NCBI RefSeq assembly: GCF_006345805.1
Contig: NC_042999.1
Span: forward strand, 123,566,001-123,630,000
Length of the DNA stretch: 64,000 bases
DNA from: Octopus sinensis
Lineage: Eukaryota
Direction of reading: 5' to 3'
In this document: in pieces, positions 24,890 through 38,266 of the stretch
How positions within the stretch are numbered: position 1 is the first letter of the stretch
Layout: every line of letters begins with the position of its first letter
The notes under the pieces: model-generated
Seen by the model: the letters and a program-made list of their open reading frames with translations, nothing else
Told to the model about the DNA's origin: nothing
Databases searched by the model: none
Translations under genes and position numbers: made by a program

Positions 24890-25059
24890 TTAAGAGATCA
24901 ATGCAGTAGCTGTGCTGACAAGTAATATTTGTAGCTACTTTAACATGGCTGTCCATTCAAGTGGACTATACTACAATTTTTTAACTTCAAGAGGACATCT
25001 CCTCTAGCAGGTTAAAGATGCACAGCTGCATCCAATAAAATTGAGAGCAGGGGAGTGAA

Positions 25060-25830
25060 CCCCTTCCATTTCCTAGTGATGGAACAAGTAAACCAGTCCT
25101 GGTTTGGGGCTATTTCTGCCACTCCTCAGTATGTCTTACTAAGAAGATGGCATCAGTAGTACTTCTTACTCACACAAAAATTAAACTGTATCTTGTCCAG
25201 TCTAATTCTCTTCCTAACTAATTGGGCTATATAACTCTTTATGTAGCGTTCATGACCTGGGCCAGCAAAATTGACACCTCGATTTAACTTGATACTTCTG
25301 TTAAAGCCATCTCCTTTACACTTGTAACAGCTGACTATAATGTCGTTACACCAACTGTTTACAATGGCACTTTCCTATAAAACCTGATTAACTACATGGG
25401 TGACTAGGCATACCTTACTCACCTAGATATTTTAAGCATTTCAGTAGTAATTTCTGATGGACCAGGAGCTTTCTCTCCCATCCTATTCTTAAATGTCTCC
25501 TCTATCATACTACTGTCTGCTAGGATAGCTGGTCTCTCCCGGTTGTGTCCACATTTGGAAGGCCTTCATTCTCGCAAACATTCTCCATGTTTGATAGCCT
25601 TTCAGAGTAGCAGTTCCATTCCTCCTTCTTTTCAGAATCATTAAGTGGAAGTGTACTATTATCCATCTGCACACACTTCTCACACAGCATCTCTCTGATA
25701 CACTGTCTTCCAAGCCAGAACACCTCACATGCTCTTGATTCTCACACTTTCAAACATCAGCAAGTTTCCTTTCTACTTTTCCCGTTGCTATGTGAGCCTG
25801 TTGTCTAGCTCCTCTTCTGGCCACCTAATA
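25060..25830 (-). pseudogene. RTE LINE ORF2 internal fragment (pre-RT linker and RT N-terminal motifs)
   Basis: EKCVQMDNSTLPLNDSEKKEEWNCYSERLSNMENVCENEGLPNVD, then KAPGPSEITxEMLKI-like, YKCKGD-like and STTDAIFLVR-like segments, with frameshifts and stops. Confidence 0.85.
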
Positions 25831-25849
25831 TAATTCTCTTTGATTACAC

Positions 25850-25934
25850 ACACACATGCACACACACACACACACCACACACACACATACACATGCATGC
25901 ACACATATGTATGTGTATATATATATATATATAT

Positions 25935-25970
<36 letters not shown>

Positions 25971-25982
25971 CATATATATATA
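25850..25982. repeat. (CA)n/(TA)n microsatellite
   Basis: Direct reading. Confidence 0.9.
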
Positions 25983-26049
25983 TGAACTTTGTTAATTATT
26001 TTCCTTAGATTTTAATAAAATTAATCTCTATCGTATCTTCTACTTTTTA

Positions 26050-26278
26050 GAGTTGTTGGACTACTACCCTACTGAAGCACTGTTCTGAAGGGCTTTAGTT
26101 GAAAAAATCAACCCCAATATTTATTTTTAAGTCTGGCAATTATTCTGTTGTCAGTTTTGTCGAACCACTAAGTTACAGAAACATAAACAAACGAACACTG
26201 GCCGTGAAACAGTGGAGTGGAGACAAGCAGACATAAATAAAAACACACAGATATATATATATATATATTATATATATA

Positions 26279-26325
<47 letters not shown>
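26050..26325 (-). mobile_element. SINE family A 3' half with internal (TA)n tract
   Basis: GAACCACTAAGTTACAG...ACACTGG...CAAGCAGACATAAA matches family A. Confidence 0.6.
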
Positions 26326-26326
<1 letters not shown>

Positions 26327-26724
26327 TGGGATTCAACCAGAACCAGATCGAGACCCATAGAGCTCCAAATATATGTAATTCAAAATATAAACAATAATAA
26401 ACTATAAAATAGATTTTTATTTTTAAAACGTAGCAAAACTAACAGTAAGATCAAAAATAATGTTTTTTGTATACTTCTTCTTAATTTATTTTTGAAAAGT
26501 TTTCTCCACCTTTTTTTAAATTATAAAATCTTTGATCAGATCCTCAAAATCAATCTTACACAACACATTTGCCTCTATACATAGCAGAGATAAGGCATCC
26601 TGCATATCATTTTAGCAAGTTTAAAGTGATTTCTTTTGTGTCATAAATCATTTATCATTCCTGTAGTATCCCTGCTTTCCTTGATGTCCTAAGCATGTGT
26701 TTATTTTGCTTAATGTTTAATCCA

Positions 26725-26875
26725 GTGCTGGCTTCTACACAGTTTCTGTCCATTAAATTCACTCACAAGACATCAGTCAAACTAAAGCTATAGTAGAAGA
26801 CACTTGTCCAAGGTGCCGCACAATGGGACTGAAACCAAAACTACATAGTTGCAAAGCAAGCTTCTTAACCAGACA
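26725..26875 (-). mobile_element. SINE family A 5' half
   Basis: TATAGTAGAAGACACTTGTCCAAGGTGCCGCACAATGGGACTGAAACC. Confidence 0.75.
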
Positions 26876-28614
26876 ATTCAACATTCTTTTAGTTGGAAAA
26901 TAGAAAGATACTGTTACAATTTTTTTTATTCTTTCATTCAAAGATATTTACATAAAAGTTTAGAATCATATTGAAAAATCAGAAAGACTCTTCCAGCAAT
27001 TCTATGGAAAAAGAGTTATAATCAAACAAGTAAAAGAACTTTGATTTATTTATTAAATCTAACAACCAAATACCTCTTGATAAACTGCCCTATTTCAAGT
27101 GATGGTAAGTTGTAAATCATAGTGCTACATACTTTAATAAAAGTTGATTGGCCACAGCTAGGTTACCAACATACTTAAATTGATTGATTTCATACTGTAG
27201 GCAGAACTAACCAGGGTATCTCAGCAACAACAATCATGGAAGCATAAATATCAATGCTCAAGAATGGAATCATAATGGTAATTGGTAGAGATACACATAA
27301 CATGAAAGAGTTTAAATATTTTTAAGATGACTACACTCCAAATTTAAGATATGAAATTAGCCAAACTGTTGACTTATTCACATATATATGGTGAAAATTA
27401 CCCCCTCAGTTATTTGTTTATTTTATGAAAGAATTAGGTTTTGCTTCCTTGCTTTCATTTATGCTTTTACCAGACTGTTGACAGAAATAAAGTTGGGGAA
27501 GAGGAATTAATTGCAATACTTCATTCTTTCCACAAGATTACGATGTACCACTAGTCAAATTTTGTATCCAACAAATGATTAAACTTAGAAACTGGTATAT
27601 GTTCTGTTACTTGTATGATTCAAAATTGTCAGCCCTGGCTGTCTGGTCATGTTACTTGATTTTCTGAATTGCATCTTGTATATTGTGCTCTCTTCTCTGA
27701 GGATATGGCTGAGGAGATGGCTCATAGTGGTCAGCTATATGCCATGGTCACAACAGATGGGAAATATCTCACAGAGATGAGGACTAACTGAAAAACTGCT
27801 TGGTTCATTGTCTAGGATGACCTGAGCAAATACTAACAAATGGTGGATACAGAGACAGACATTCTCCGTACCCAATCTGAGCATCATCCTTTACAAAACC
27901 ACAAAAATACAGGCTAATAATTATTCTTTCTATTTGGATTTTTAAATCTTGGTAGTCAGTAATAGGAAATGACTGCTACAAAATCTCAATATGCCAACGT
28001 CTTTTTCCTTTACCTATTTTATCATATTGAAGAAAGATGTTGCAGTTGGATCAGTCATACATCAGAAATTCTCCCATTAGCTGGTAAGGAAATATTAGAT
28101 AAAATACTTGTGCTCATACTTAAAGGTTTTCAAAGCCTATCACCATTTTTTCCACATCTAGTAATAGAAGGTGGGATTTGAGCTCAAAATGCACAGAAGT
28201 GGAGCAGATACCATAAGGCATCTCATCTGATGCTTTCTATTGCCTCCTCCAAACTATTACTCTTAACTGGTACTTTATCGACTCTGAAAATAAGAAAAGG
28301 CAAAGTTGTCCTTGACAGGGTGCAGAAATCCAGCAATACTACAAAGTATTTCTACCCCAGGGTCCAATAATTCCACCAATTCACTGACTCAAGAGATACA
28401 CAGTAACCATTATATGTGACAGCACCAAATTGAGATTTAAAACACTTAAATATATAAAACCAATTTACTTTCCTTTGAAGTATTTAAATAACTAAATAGA
28501 TGATTATTTTTTATTATTTCAAGAAAAACATATTTACATTATTAGATTTATAGCAAATGTGAAAGAGTGTAAACAAATTTCTTATAAAGAATCATATCTT
28601 ATTCAAATATCTTA

Positions 28615-28807
28615 TTCATAAAGAGTTGAGTGAGTTGATTTGCCATGAGGTATGAAAATTTTCAGCTTTTTGAACACTTGACCTTCTCCAAAGAGTAAGA
28701 GGATAGAGAGGACCTCTACAATCTTGTTCTCTGAAGAAAGACAAGTGTTAAAAGAAACTAATTTTTCCCTCCTTGTGGCAAATCAACTCACTGAACTCTT
28801 CTATGAA
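28615..28807. repeat. ~190-bp foldback (MITE-like inverted repeat)
   Basis: TTCATAAAGAGTTGAGTGAGTTGATTTGCCATGAGG pairs with CCTTGTGGCAAATCAACTCACTGAACTCTTCTATGAA; an inner AACACTTG/CAAGTGTT pair extends the stem. Confidence 0.8.
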
Positions 28808-29247
28808 CACTTTATGGCTTAAATTTTTGTTGACAGACTATAACTAGTTTCCTTAGTTTCTCTATTTTGCTGTTTCTTATTTATTTAACTGTGGAGTCAG
28901 ACACTCAGTAAAGATCACAATTTTGCCAAAAGAGATATCTGAATAATTTAAGAGAAACTTTATTTGTATGTCAACAGTTTTGTTCTGTGTAGCTGTGTTG
29001 TTAGGCACCTAAGTATAAGCTAGCATCATTATATTTCAGAAACAACAAAGTTTTATGTTTTGTCTCTGTTTATTCATCAAGTATCTATTTATTTGGTTCC
29101 TTAGGAAGAGTAATAAGATCCCTGTTATCAAACAAGTGGAGAAAAAGAAATCAAATAATGGACAGGGTTTATCATGAAATCTGAGCTTAGTTTTCCTTAA
29201 AATGTAAGTTAAATTTATGCAGAATTTCTCATAGATCTCTCTCTCTC

Positions 29248-29409
<162 letters not shown>

Positions 29410-29526
29410 CACATGTACACACAGATAGATACATTGATACATAGTTAGCCATACATACACATATACCCATCTGTCGCGCTCTCTTTCTCATTATATATAT
29501 GTGTATATATATATATATATAATATA

Positions 29527-29560
<34 letters not shown>

Positions 29561-30606
29561 GTAAAATTACTGCTACAATTTTATACGATGGTTGTAAGAA
29601 TTCTCTATTTAGTGCTATTAAGGATGTCTAAACTTTAATTAAAATTGCGCATTTTCTGTCACATAAAATTTTAGCAATACAATTATCTGATCAAAACTAA
29701 CATACCTTATATCCTACACAATGTTCATTTGGGATGGTGCCATATATGACCAGAATAGATCTGTCAAGACAACTTGGATGACTTGATATTAAAGTGAAGT
29801 AGTGCAACAAATAACTACTATAACGACTGAAGCATTGTCTTAGTAATAAGAGAAATTTTAGAGTAATTTGGTTTTGAAACTTAAACAGAAAATTAAATGA
29901 GAGTTAATTTTATTTTAATGCTGCTACTGAAGAAAAGTTTAACAGCTGTTAGTCCTTGCAGGGAAAGTAAGTAATCAAGATATCAAGTTTATTAAAAGTG
30001 ACACTGAACGTGTGACTCTATTTATGTTCTATTTGATCAATATTTAAAATATATTCTGACATGAGGCTTAAAACAAATGACATTTGGATAGCATTAGTGC
30101 AAAGACTGATCAAGAATCTAATAAAATTGCAGCAAGTTATATTCAGTAATGTTCAGATGACAGAACTGTGGATATTAAACTCTGGTAAATGAGACTATTC
30201 TCCTTCAGTAAAATATCTCAAAAAGACAAGTAGCTTTAAATTCAAAGAAGACCTGAGAACTCTGAAATAATTACCACAGGGTTTATACATAATTCAGTTT
30301 CAAAATATTTAAAACATTTAACATCTTTCAAATATTAAACCATTTCATAATATATTCAGCACTGCAATAAGATGACCAAAAAATAGGAGTGGATACAAGA
30401 GAGACTAACAGTGTAGATTTAAAGATAAGATAATGAATCTATGGAGATTGATGAACTTGTAATTCTTAATACTTAGTTTGTATTGAGTTCAAATCTGGAA
30501 AGGTGAAATATGATGTTGTAACTGTAGTATACAAATAAAAAATAGATCCAACTTGTAAATTTTCTGTTTCAAGTAGTAGAATGATAAAAGATAATGGTAG
30601 GGATAA

Positions 30607-30921
30607 GGGTTCAATACATTAATTATATTATTTACATTTGATGGCTATTTGTCCTCATCTTGTTTGTTGTTAACACATTTCAGCTGATATACCCTCCAGC
30701 ACTTCATCGGGTCTCCTGGGGAAATTTCGAACATGGGTTCTTATTCCTAAGGTATTTTTCGACGTTAGTCATCGTCTTCTTCTTCTTATTATTATTATTG
30801 TTATTCAGGTCACTGTCTGGAATCGAACTTGGAATCTTGGGGTTAGTAGCCCATGCTCTTAACCCCAAGATTCCGAGTTCAATTCCAAGCAGTGACCTGA
30901 ATAATAATAATAATAATGATA

Positions 30922-30970
<49 letters not shown>

Positions 30971-31157
30971 CACCGAAAAATACTCTAGGAAATGAGAACC
31001 TAGGTTCGAAATTTCCCCAGGACACCTAATGAAGGCTGGAGGTATATCAGCTGAAACATTGTGTTAACAACAAACAAGATGAGGAAACATATACGTCAAA
31101 TGTAAATAATGTACATAATTCCTCATTTCTTAAATATTGAACTGTGGGGTTCAATAC
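30607..31157. mobile_element. Head-to-head inverted dimer of the hammerhead-bearing short retroelement, retaining a tRNA-like head, with 11-bp TSD
   Basis: Left arm (-) ~30620-30860, right arm (+) ~30860-31145. Centre TCTTGGGGTTA-GTAGCCCATGCTCT-TAACCCCAAGA. B-box-like GTTCGATTCC. GGGTTCAATAC at 30607-30617 and 31147-31157. Decayed hammerheads at ~30673-30714 (-) and 31022-31064 (+). Confidence 0.9.
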
Positions 31158-31189
31158 TGAGAGATTCAAAACCCAAACTTCATCAGGAC

Positions 31190-31950
31190 AACCATTCGAA
31201 GTCCATTTTGCCACACATGCATTGGTTGACAGATTTCCAGTACTACATGTTGCCATGCATCATGGTTCTTTGTCATCTCTTTCATGAGATTCAATTTCTG
31301 GAGGTCAGTCTTCACCACCTCAATCCACGACTCTCTTAGTTTTACACTACCATAGATTTCCTCTATTTTGTGTCATTGATACTTTTTATATTCTTTATAC
31401 ATGTCACATGCCTGCACCAAAGTAAACTTCCCTATTATTCTTGGGTTTGCTTCTATGTCTCATTTTCTTCCTTAAAATTCCAACAGATTCATCAATGAGA
31501 ACTAAAACATACATGAATTTCTGTGGACTATCCGTCTTAAATTCCTTTGCATGTTTTGGGGGCTATAATAAGCAAATCAAGACTGAAAACTGAGCCTTGG
31601 TAACCCTCTATCTGCAAGGTAAATTCTTCACTAACTCAGCTAACTCACGCCTTACTAACAGCTCTTCTGTAACTAGTTTGCACAGCCCTCACAAACCGTT
31701 CATTTACTTCTAGTTTTGTTATACATAAAAGTGGGTACCCTATCAAAAGCCTTCCCTAGATTAACAATTGTTAGGTCCAGTGGCTTATTCATAGCTAAGT
31801 ATTCTGTAGTTCTTTCACATGGAAATGAAATTTGTAGTAACTCTACCTGGCATAAAGCTAAACTACATCTCAACTAGGTTGAATCTCTCTCTAATCAGTT
31901 GTGTTATATCTCTTTCCATAAATTTTGTACCTTGGTCCATTAATTTTATG
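31190..31950 (-). pseudogene. RTE LINE RT and C-terminal remnant
   Basis: Degenerate QFSFMPGR, EKAFDR-like, QGSVFSLDLLII-like and C-terminal xVVKTDL segments on the minus strand. Confidence 0.75.
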
Positions 31951-33364
31951 CCTCTATAGATGAGTATCTTTACTCTTGTAGCAGTTAATGTTATTGCAGT
32001 ATCATTATCATCATCATTTCAGATGCAATCTTTGATATTGTAGCATAGTGGCATAGTGAGAAGAGGGATAAAAGCACCAGTAATCTTTTTTGTAGGACCT
32101 CAGAGACTGTGTTGAGGAAAGTCTCAGAGACAGCATGAGGGGAAAGGGAGAAGAATTCATAATTCTTAGGTTATGACAGACCTTGTTTGGATGTTTGTAA
32201 CACAAAGGTTTCTGCTTTAAATGTCAAATGCTGGAGTTAAGTCAGGTAACAGATTAAGTTTAACATTCAAGAACAAGTGCTGTCTATTTGATAGGTTTTG
32301 GCATCATTTCTGTCAGTCTAAATTTCACACACAAGGTTTGAGTTGACCTGCAGCTATGGTAAAAGACACTAGTCTATGCAGTAGGATTGAACCAAAAAGA
32401 AAATGTCACTGCCTGTAAGTGAATGCATGACAATGCTTACACTCTGTACTTAGCTGACAAGAAATTTTGCTTTTCATTTGTGAATATATTGGCATTTAAT
32501 TATATACTGCTTGTTCATTTGCTTTATGTCAATTTCCCCATACTGGCATGAGTTAGATTAATACATTTTATTGAGTCATTGTTTTACAACTTTATTCCCT
32601 TCCTGTTACTAATCCTTTTCCGATTTTCAAGTAAAGAGTTTTTTTCTTATTCCATTTGTCTTCAAAAGCACAAGCTAGAAGTTCTTTTAACAAGGGAATG
32701 TTAACAAATGTCACCATCTTCTGCTCAGTGTTTTCCTGTGAAGCAGTGCAGAATGTAAACATTGTTACAAATGTACATACGCACACATACTAATGACAAT
32801 ACTCCATGTAGTTTCACTGATTAATTCCAATCTCGATGCTACAGTAAAAGATACTTGTATAAGGTAAGTGAAATAAAGGTCTTAAGACAACATGGTAACA
32901 AAGCATACAGCATATATGTATGTGTATATCTGTGTGTGTTGAGGATATATACACATATGTATGTATATATATGTATGTATGTATCTATCTATCTACCTAT
33001 CTATCTATGTGTGTGTGAGAGGCCTTGCAAATAACCTTACACTTAAACACACACACACATACATACATATAATATATTAATTTTCAAGGTGAATAAGGCA
33101 CTTAAATGGTAATGCACTGGGTTGGGTCAAAATTAAAATGCATACACAGCAAATATTGATGAATACAAACATTGGTACTGAAGTACAGGCAGAAAGATAT
33201 TCTGGTTATGTATACAATTAACTGAACTCAGCAAAGTATGTTATCAGCTCTCAAGCCAATCCAGAAATGTACATTGTATTAAATATACAGTCCATAATTA
33301 TTCTTTGGAACACACAAAGTCCAGGCTCTGAGAGAGGTGAATCATAAATAAATAAATATTAAAC

Positions 33365-33666
33365 AACACCATCTGAGCATGACCAATGCCAGTACCCACT
33401 GACTGGCCCCCATGCCAGTGGCACATAAAAAGCACTATCTGAACGAGATTGATGCCAGGTCCGCCTGACTGGCTCCTGTACTGGTGACATGTAAAAATCA
33501 CCCACTACACTCTTGGTTGGAGTAGTTGGCATTAGGAAGGGCATCCAGCTGTGGAAACATTGCCAGATCAGATTGGAACCTGGTGCAGCTGCTGGCTCTC
33601 CAGACCTCTGTCAAACCGTCCAATCCATGCCAGCATGGAAAAACGGATGTTGAACGATGATGATGA
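33365..33666 (+). mobile_element. RTE 3' UTR and tail
   Basis: GGCACATAAAAAGCAC...CACCCACTACACTCTT...TTAGGAAGGGCATCCAGC...GAACGATGATGATGAT. Confidence 0.85.
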
Positions 33667-34434
33667 TATGATTGCTGTTATCTTATCTACTATGGTTTTT
33701 TCATAACAGCTGTTCAAGACATTCTACATCCTATATACCACAAACTACCAAAAAAAAAAAAAAAAATGACAGCACCTAATATGCTGACATAGCACATTAA
33801 TAAAGAAATTTTTCTTCCTGCAAGATTCTTACTCACACATGAAGGCATATAATTTATTATATATAAAACAATAAAAATTAACATCTCTTTTTCTGCTTCA
33901 ATACTATTGAGTATTATCCGTCTCTGAGGTAATCACTTCCAATGCAGAACACCATAAAACATCGACCATATTTCACTGATTCTTTACAGTAAAATTAACA
34001 AATTTTGGTTTCAGTGAAAAATTTGTGTCATATTGTATAGTTAAGACAGTAAATGTACATTATTTTAGACAGTGAAAACATTTAACTAGTTGTTGAATAG
34101 AATGCTACTAATGAATAAAGCATCACTACTAGAGATCTCTAGGTATAGTTACAAATTATATGAGAGGAAACTAAAAAAAAAAAAAATTTAAGACATAGGA
34201 GTATAAATAAATTATAAAAATACAGCTTTCAGTTTAAGGGAAATCATCAAAAATTTGAACAATCTAAAGAATGTATTTTAAAACAATTTTCATTCTGATC
34301 TCATTAAAATAGAAATATTTTGAAATGCTCACATCATAGCTTTTAAAGATTTCAAAATACACTGAAAATCTATTTTCATGCTTGAAATTATCTCTACACA
34401 CATCTGCATTCCATTAAAACCTCACAAACAGAAT

Positions 34435-34484
34435 TAATAATAATAATAATAATAATAATAGTGATGATGATGATGATGATGATG

Positions 34485-34517
<33 letters not shown>

Positions 34518-34531
34518 TAATAATAATGATG

Positions 34532-34569
<38 letters not shown>

Positions 34570-34587
34570 TAATTCTTTTTATTTTTT

Positions 34588-34632
<45 letters not shown>
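34435..34632. repeat. Compound (AAT)n/(GAT)n microsatellite
   Basis: Direct reading. Confidence 0.95.
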
Positions 34633-34641
<9 letters not shown>

Positions 34642-35139
34642 TAACAAATAGAAAAAAAAAACACTGTTTTCTCTTGTGCATTCACTTAAACTCTGAAAGA
34701 CATTTTGAGGGCATAATTTATTTGTTATAAACATTACACATGCCTCACTTCAGAAAAGTTTGGATAAAAAAAAAAAGAAAAAGAAAAAGTGAAAGATCAA
34801 ATAAGCAAAAAGAATTGTACACAAGTAACCTAATGTAGTTTCTCAAAACAGAGAGTAAATAAAAAGCAACAGCTCTCAGTACAGTTTCTGAAAATGATGT
34901 ACATTATGAAAAACAATTTTTTAGCTATGCACGTACATAAGATATTGAGTAATAGAACAAAACACAGCAACATTTAAATTATTCTTTGTAATTACACATT
35001 TTAAAGGGGGGTAAAATTACACTATATGATAAATTATAATAAGTTTCATATTCTGAAATAAATGTATTTAGGAAAAATATGTTCTGTCTCTTTATTACTC
35101 CTATAATGGCTTCTGCTCCTCAGAGATGGCTGATGATAG

Positions 35140-35330
35140 ATCTTTAGCCACTACACACATTTTTTTTCTCTCCTTGTTTTTTTCTGTGTCCCTTTCTGTA
35201 GAAGAGCATAGGCTCGAAATGTAAAAGACTTTTTCAATTCCCGAGCGTTATACTAATACATCTGTTTGTTTTGTACACCACCTGTCTTCGTCTTTTGCTT
35301 TTTTCGTGAACTCTCCTCATACTTACAAAC
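35140..35330 (+). mobile_element. Pyrimidine-rich Penelope-type terminal-repeat fragment with a hammerhead-like fold (35192-35227)
   Basis: CTTT-CTGTAGA-A-GAGC/ATAG/GCTC-GAAAT-GTA-AAAG. Stems I and II pair; the core is non-canonical. Confidence 0.5.
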
Positions 35331-36199
35331 TCCAACATGCTTAACCCACTCATCTTTCTTCTACATGGCAATCTAGTTACATCAAGCTACCCATGCTCCC
35401 ACCACCATCAACTTGCACAACTCCCCATCCCAATCCTTCTTTCCCAAAGCATTTACCCTCTCGAATCTACTCCCTGCTCATGTCTTCTCTGCCCGTGTTG
35501 ACTTTCAATAGTTTAAACAGAACCTTAATGACATCAACCTCACCAGTCTCAGAAGACCTACAAAGTCAAGGGCTCTGTGCCTTCCTTTTGATTCAGTAAG
35601 TAAACGAAAAAAATTATTTGACTCTACTTTTTTTCTCAGATATGTTAGAACACAAGGAAGTATTCACTTAAAAAGTGCTTCAGTAGGTCAAAATGCAGTC
35701 ACCGGAATAACAAACGGTCAGTTAAAGAATTGGCATATTCTATCACAATAGAGCATTGTGTTGTTGTGTCCATGAGAAACACATTCAATTCACAATGACC
35801 TAATGCATTTATTATATGAGCTGAGGCTATATGTACTGAATGCAAATCCTCTCTTGGGGTAAACTTATAGCAGAGTAACATTCTTAATTAAAAAGATGTC
35901 TCTCAGCCCCTTAGCACAATGACAACCACAAGGTCCAGTATACCTTGCCTGCTATGTAATGCACATCTCATATTCAAGGTATATGCATGTGAGTGTGCGA
36001 GTACATATAGATATGTATATATGCATGTTTGTATGTGTGTGTATGTTTGTGTGTGTGTGTGTGTATATATATATAATATAAATGATTTATATATGCATAA
36101 ATACATACGTATATGTACCTACTTCATGTTCTATGTACCCGTACTTCACATTTTTTGTTGTACACATTTCATGACATCCAATGCTCACATATGCATATA

Positions 36200-36237
<38 letters not shown>

Positions 36238-36366
36238 GTATAGATGTAAGTATGTACATACATGTATATATATATATATGCATATATATATATTGATATC
36301 ATTATATGGCTGAACACCATGCATCCTCTTCCAAGTAAGTTTTATATATATATACACACACGCACA

Positions 36367-36414
<48 letters not shown>

Positions 36415-37354
36415 ACAGAGTAATCTTTGGAAAAGGATCCTGTACTTATCAGAGTTAAACAACAATCTCTTGCATTACCCCAAGTCTATCTTAGTTCAAA
36501 TATTCTCCATTTTACTCATCAGTGAAATGAATCATATCTTAATGACTAAAATTAGGATACTTCAATTCAAAAGTTTGCTTAATATAATTCCTTTAGCTAG
36601 AATAGTTTCCAGAAAATAAATTTTCATCAATATTATTTATGCGTATTCAAATATTAGTTCTATAATTCAGGTCACCATTTTCTTTCTTTTTCACTTTTTT
36701 ACATGGCTATTTGCATTATTATACTCCAATAAGGGCATTTTGTTTTATATATATTGAAAGAGAAAAATATTTTTTGAAAGTTACTGCTACAGCAATTTAT
36801 GATGGATTCAGTAAGAACTCTCAGCAACAGACAGATTGTAATAAAAAGCCAATCAACCAATGGATTTTCACAAAAAAACTAAAACAAAAAATACTTATGC
36901 TAAAAGGTATCTTACATAACCTATATTCTTTTGTGGAGGAAAATGCATATATGTAGGACACATTTCAATCAACATGATTGTTCTTAAGTTAAGAAAGTAA
37001 CAATAGGAATAATCTAGAAATAAAGAGCAGTGACCAAGAATGTTTGTTGTGGCATTGTAAGAGATAAAAACTGATAGATAGCAGTTGATAGAACTATGTG
37101 TAGAAATAAAACATTTCTGAAAATAAGAACATCCATTTCTTCTAAGCTAATATCAAGACTACAGATTTTGAAAGAATTCATATGTATAATGATTCCAGTA
37201 ATTCATAAACTAATGTCTTTTGCTTGGATTTTATACAAACATTCAGTTTCTCTAATTAAACTTTGTTGTAAATAACAAACCAAATTAGCAATTATTTTTA
37301 TTTAATATTTTATTAATTGTTTCCTCTTTTGTTCAGACTTTTTCTACAAAAATC

Positions 37355-37830
37355 AAAGCAAGCATTATCCTTATATTCAACAAGGGTAATAGGAATGAAT
37401 GCAATAAGTGTCAAGAGATTTCTCTACTTGCTATTGTTAAGAAGATCAAGAGTGTGGCTCAACAGAGTGAGTTCAAAAATCACAGTGGCTCTACTTGAAA
37501 CTCAATGTAATTCTAGAAGAAGAACAAATCTAGTAGATATGATGTTCTGTTTCTGAAAGAGCCAGGGAAAATAAATGGAACAAATAAGGTATTGCATGAG
37601 GTTTTCATTGAATTGACAAATTCAACACATTAAAAAAGTCAAGTCTGTAGCAAAAACTCAGGTTTTGGTGTCCAGAAAAGTTCACTCATATGATAGTCCT
37701 TAGATATTTGGTGTGAAGGCTCAGATCACACAGATAAACTCCAGCTCAGTACAGTTTTATGTCATTGCAAGAGTCAAGCAAGGAAGCATTCTAGTGCCAA
37801 TATAATTCTTACATTTTAACTTGTTTAAAA
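37355..37830 (+). pseudogene. Old RTE (BovB-like) RT remnant
   Basis: ASIILIFNKGNRNECNKCQEISLLAIV ... VFIELT ... QG-like segment follows the order IIPIFKKGDRxxCxNYRGISLL ... FIDLTKAFD ... GVKQG. Confidence 0.65.
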
Positions 37831-37964
37831 AGCCAGATCTCAATGCCAAGATCAAAATCATATATGAGTTAGTCAAAGAAATGTTCTTTCCGGATAACTG
37901 TAATCTTTATTTCCATAGTGCAGAAGACAGATAGAACTTGAGAATATTCTTTTCTACTCTGGGC

Positions 37965-38110
37965 ACAAGGCCTGAAATTTTGGGGTAGGAGGCCAGTCGA
38001 TTAGATCCACCCCAGTACACAACTAGTATTTAATTTATCAACCTTGAAAAGGATGAGAGGCAAAGATGACCTTGACAGAATTTGAACTCAGAACATAAAG
38101 ACAGACGAAA
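37965..38110 (-). mobile_element. SINE family B fragment
   Basis: GGGCACAAGGCCTGAAATTTTGGGG...TTTATCAACCTTGAAAAGGATGAGAGGCAAAG...GAATTTGAACTCAGAAC. Confidence 0.75.
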
Positions 38111-38199
38111 TAGAGCTTGCAAGGAAAATTAATACACACAAGTGCAAAATCTTTGGATACCATTATTATTGAAAAGAAGCCTATATAATCAAACCAATT

Positions 38200-38200
<1 letters not shown>

Positions 38201-38263
<63 letters not shown>
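38201..38263. repeat. (AG)n microsatellite
   Basis: Direct reading. Confidence 0.97.

Positions 38264-38266
<3 letters not shown>

Noticed and set aside
35393-35750. Ser/Pro-rich ORF that could splice in frame across a 44-nt GT-AG interval (35596-35639)
   Set aside because: The intron is implausibly short, and the ORF lies in pyrimidine-rich, repeat-like sequence.
29567-36820. Short similarity between 29567-29610 (ITATILYDGCKNS) and 36781-36825 (VTATAIYDGFSKNS)
   Set aside because: Only ~40 bp of AT-rich sequence; the first has no acceptor site and the flanks do not align.
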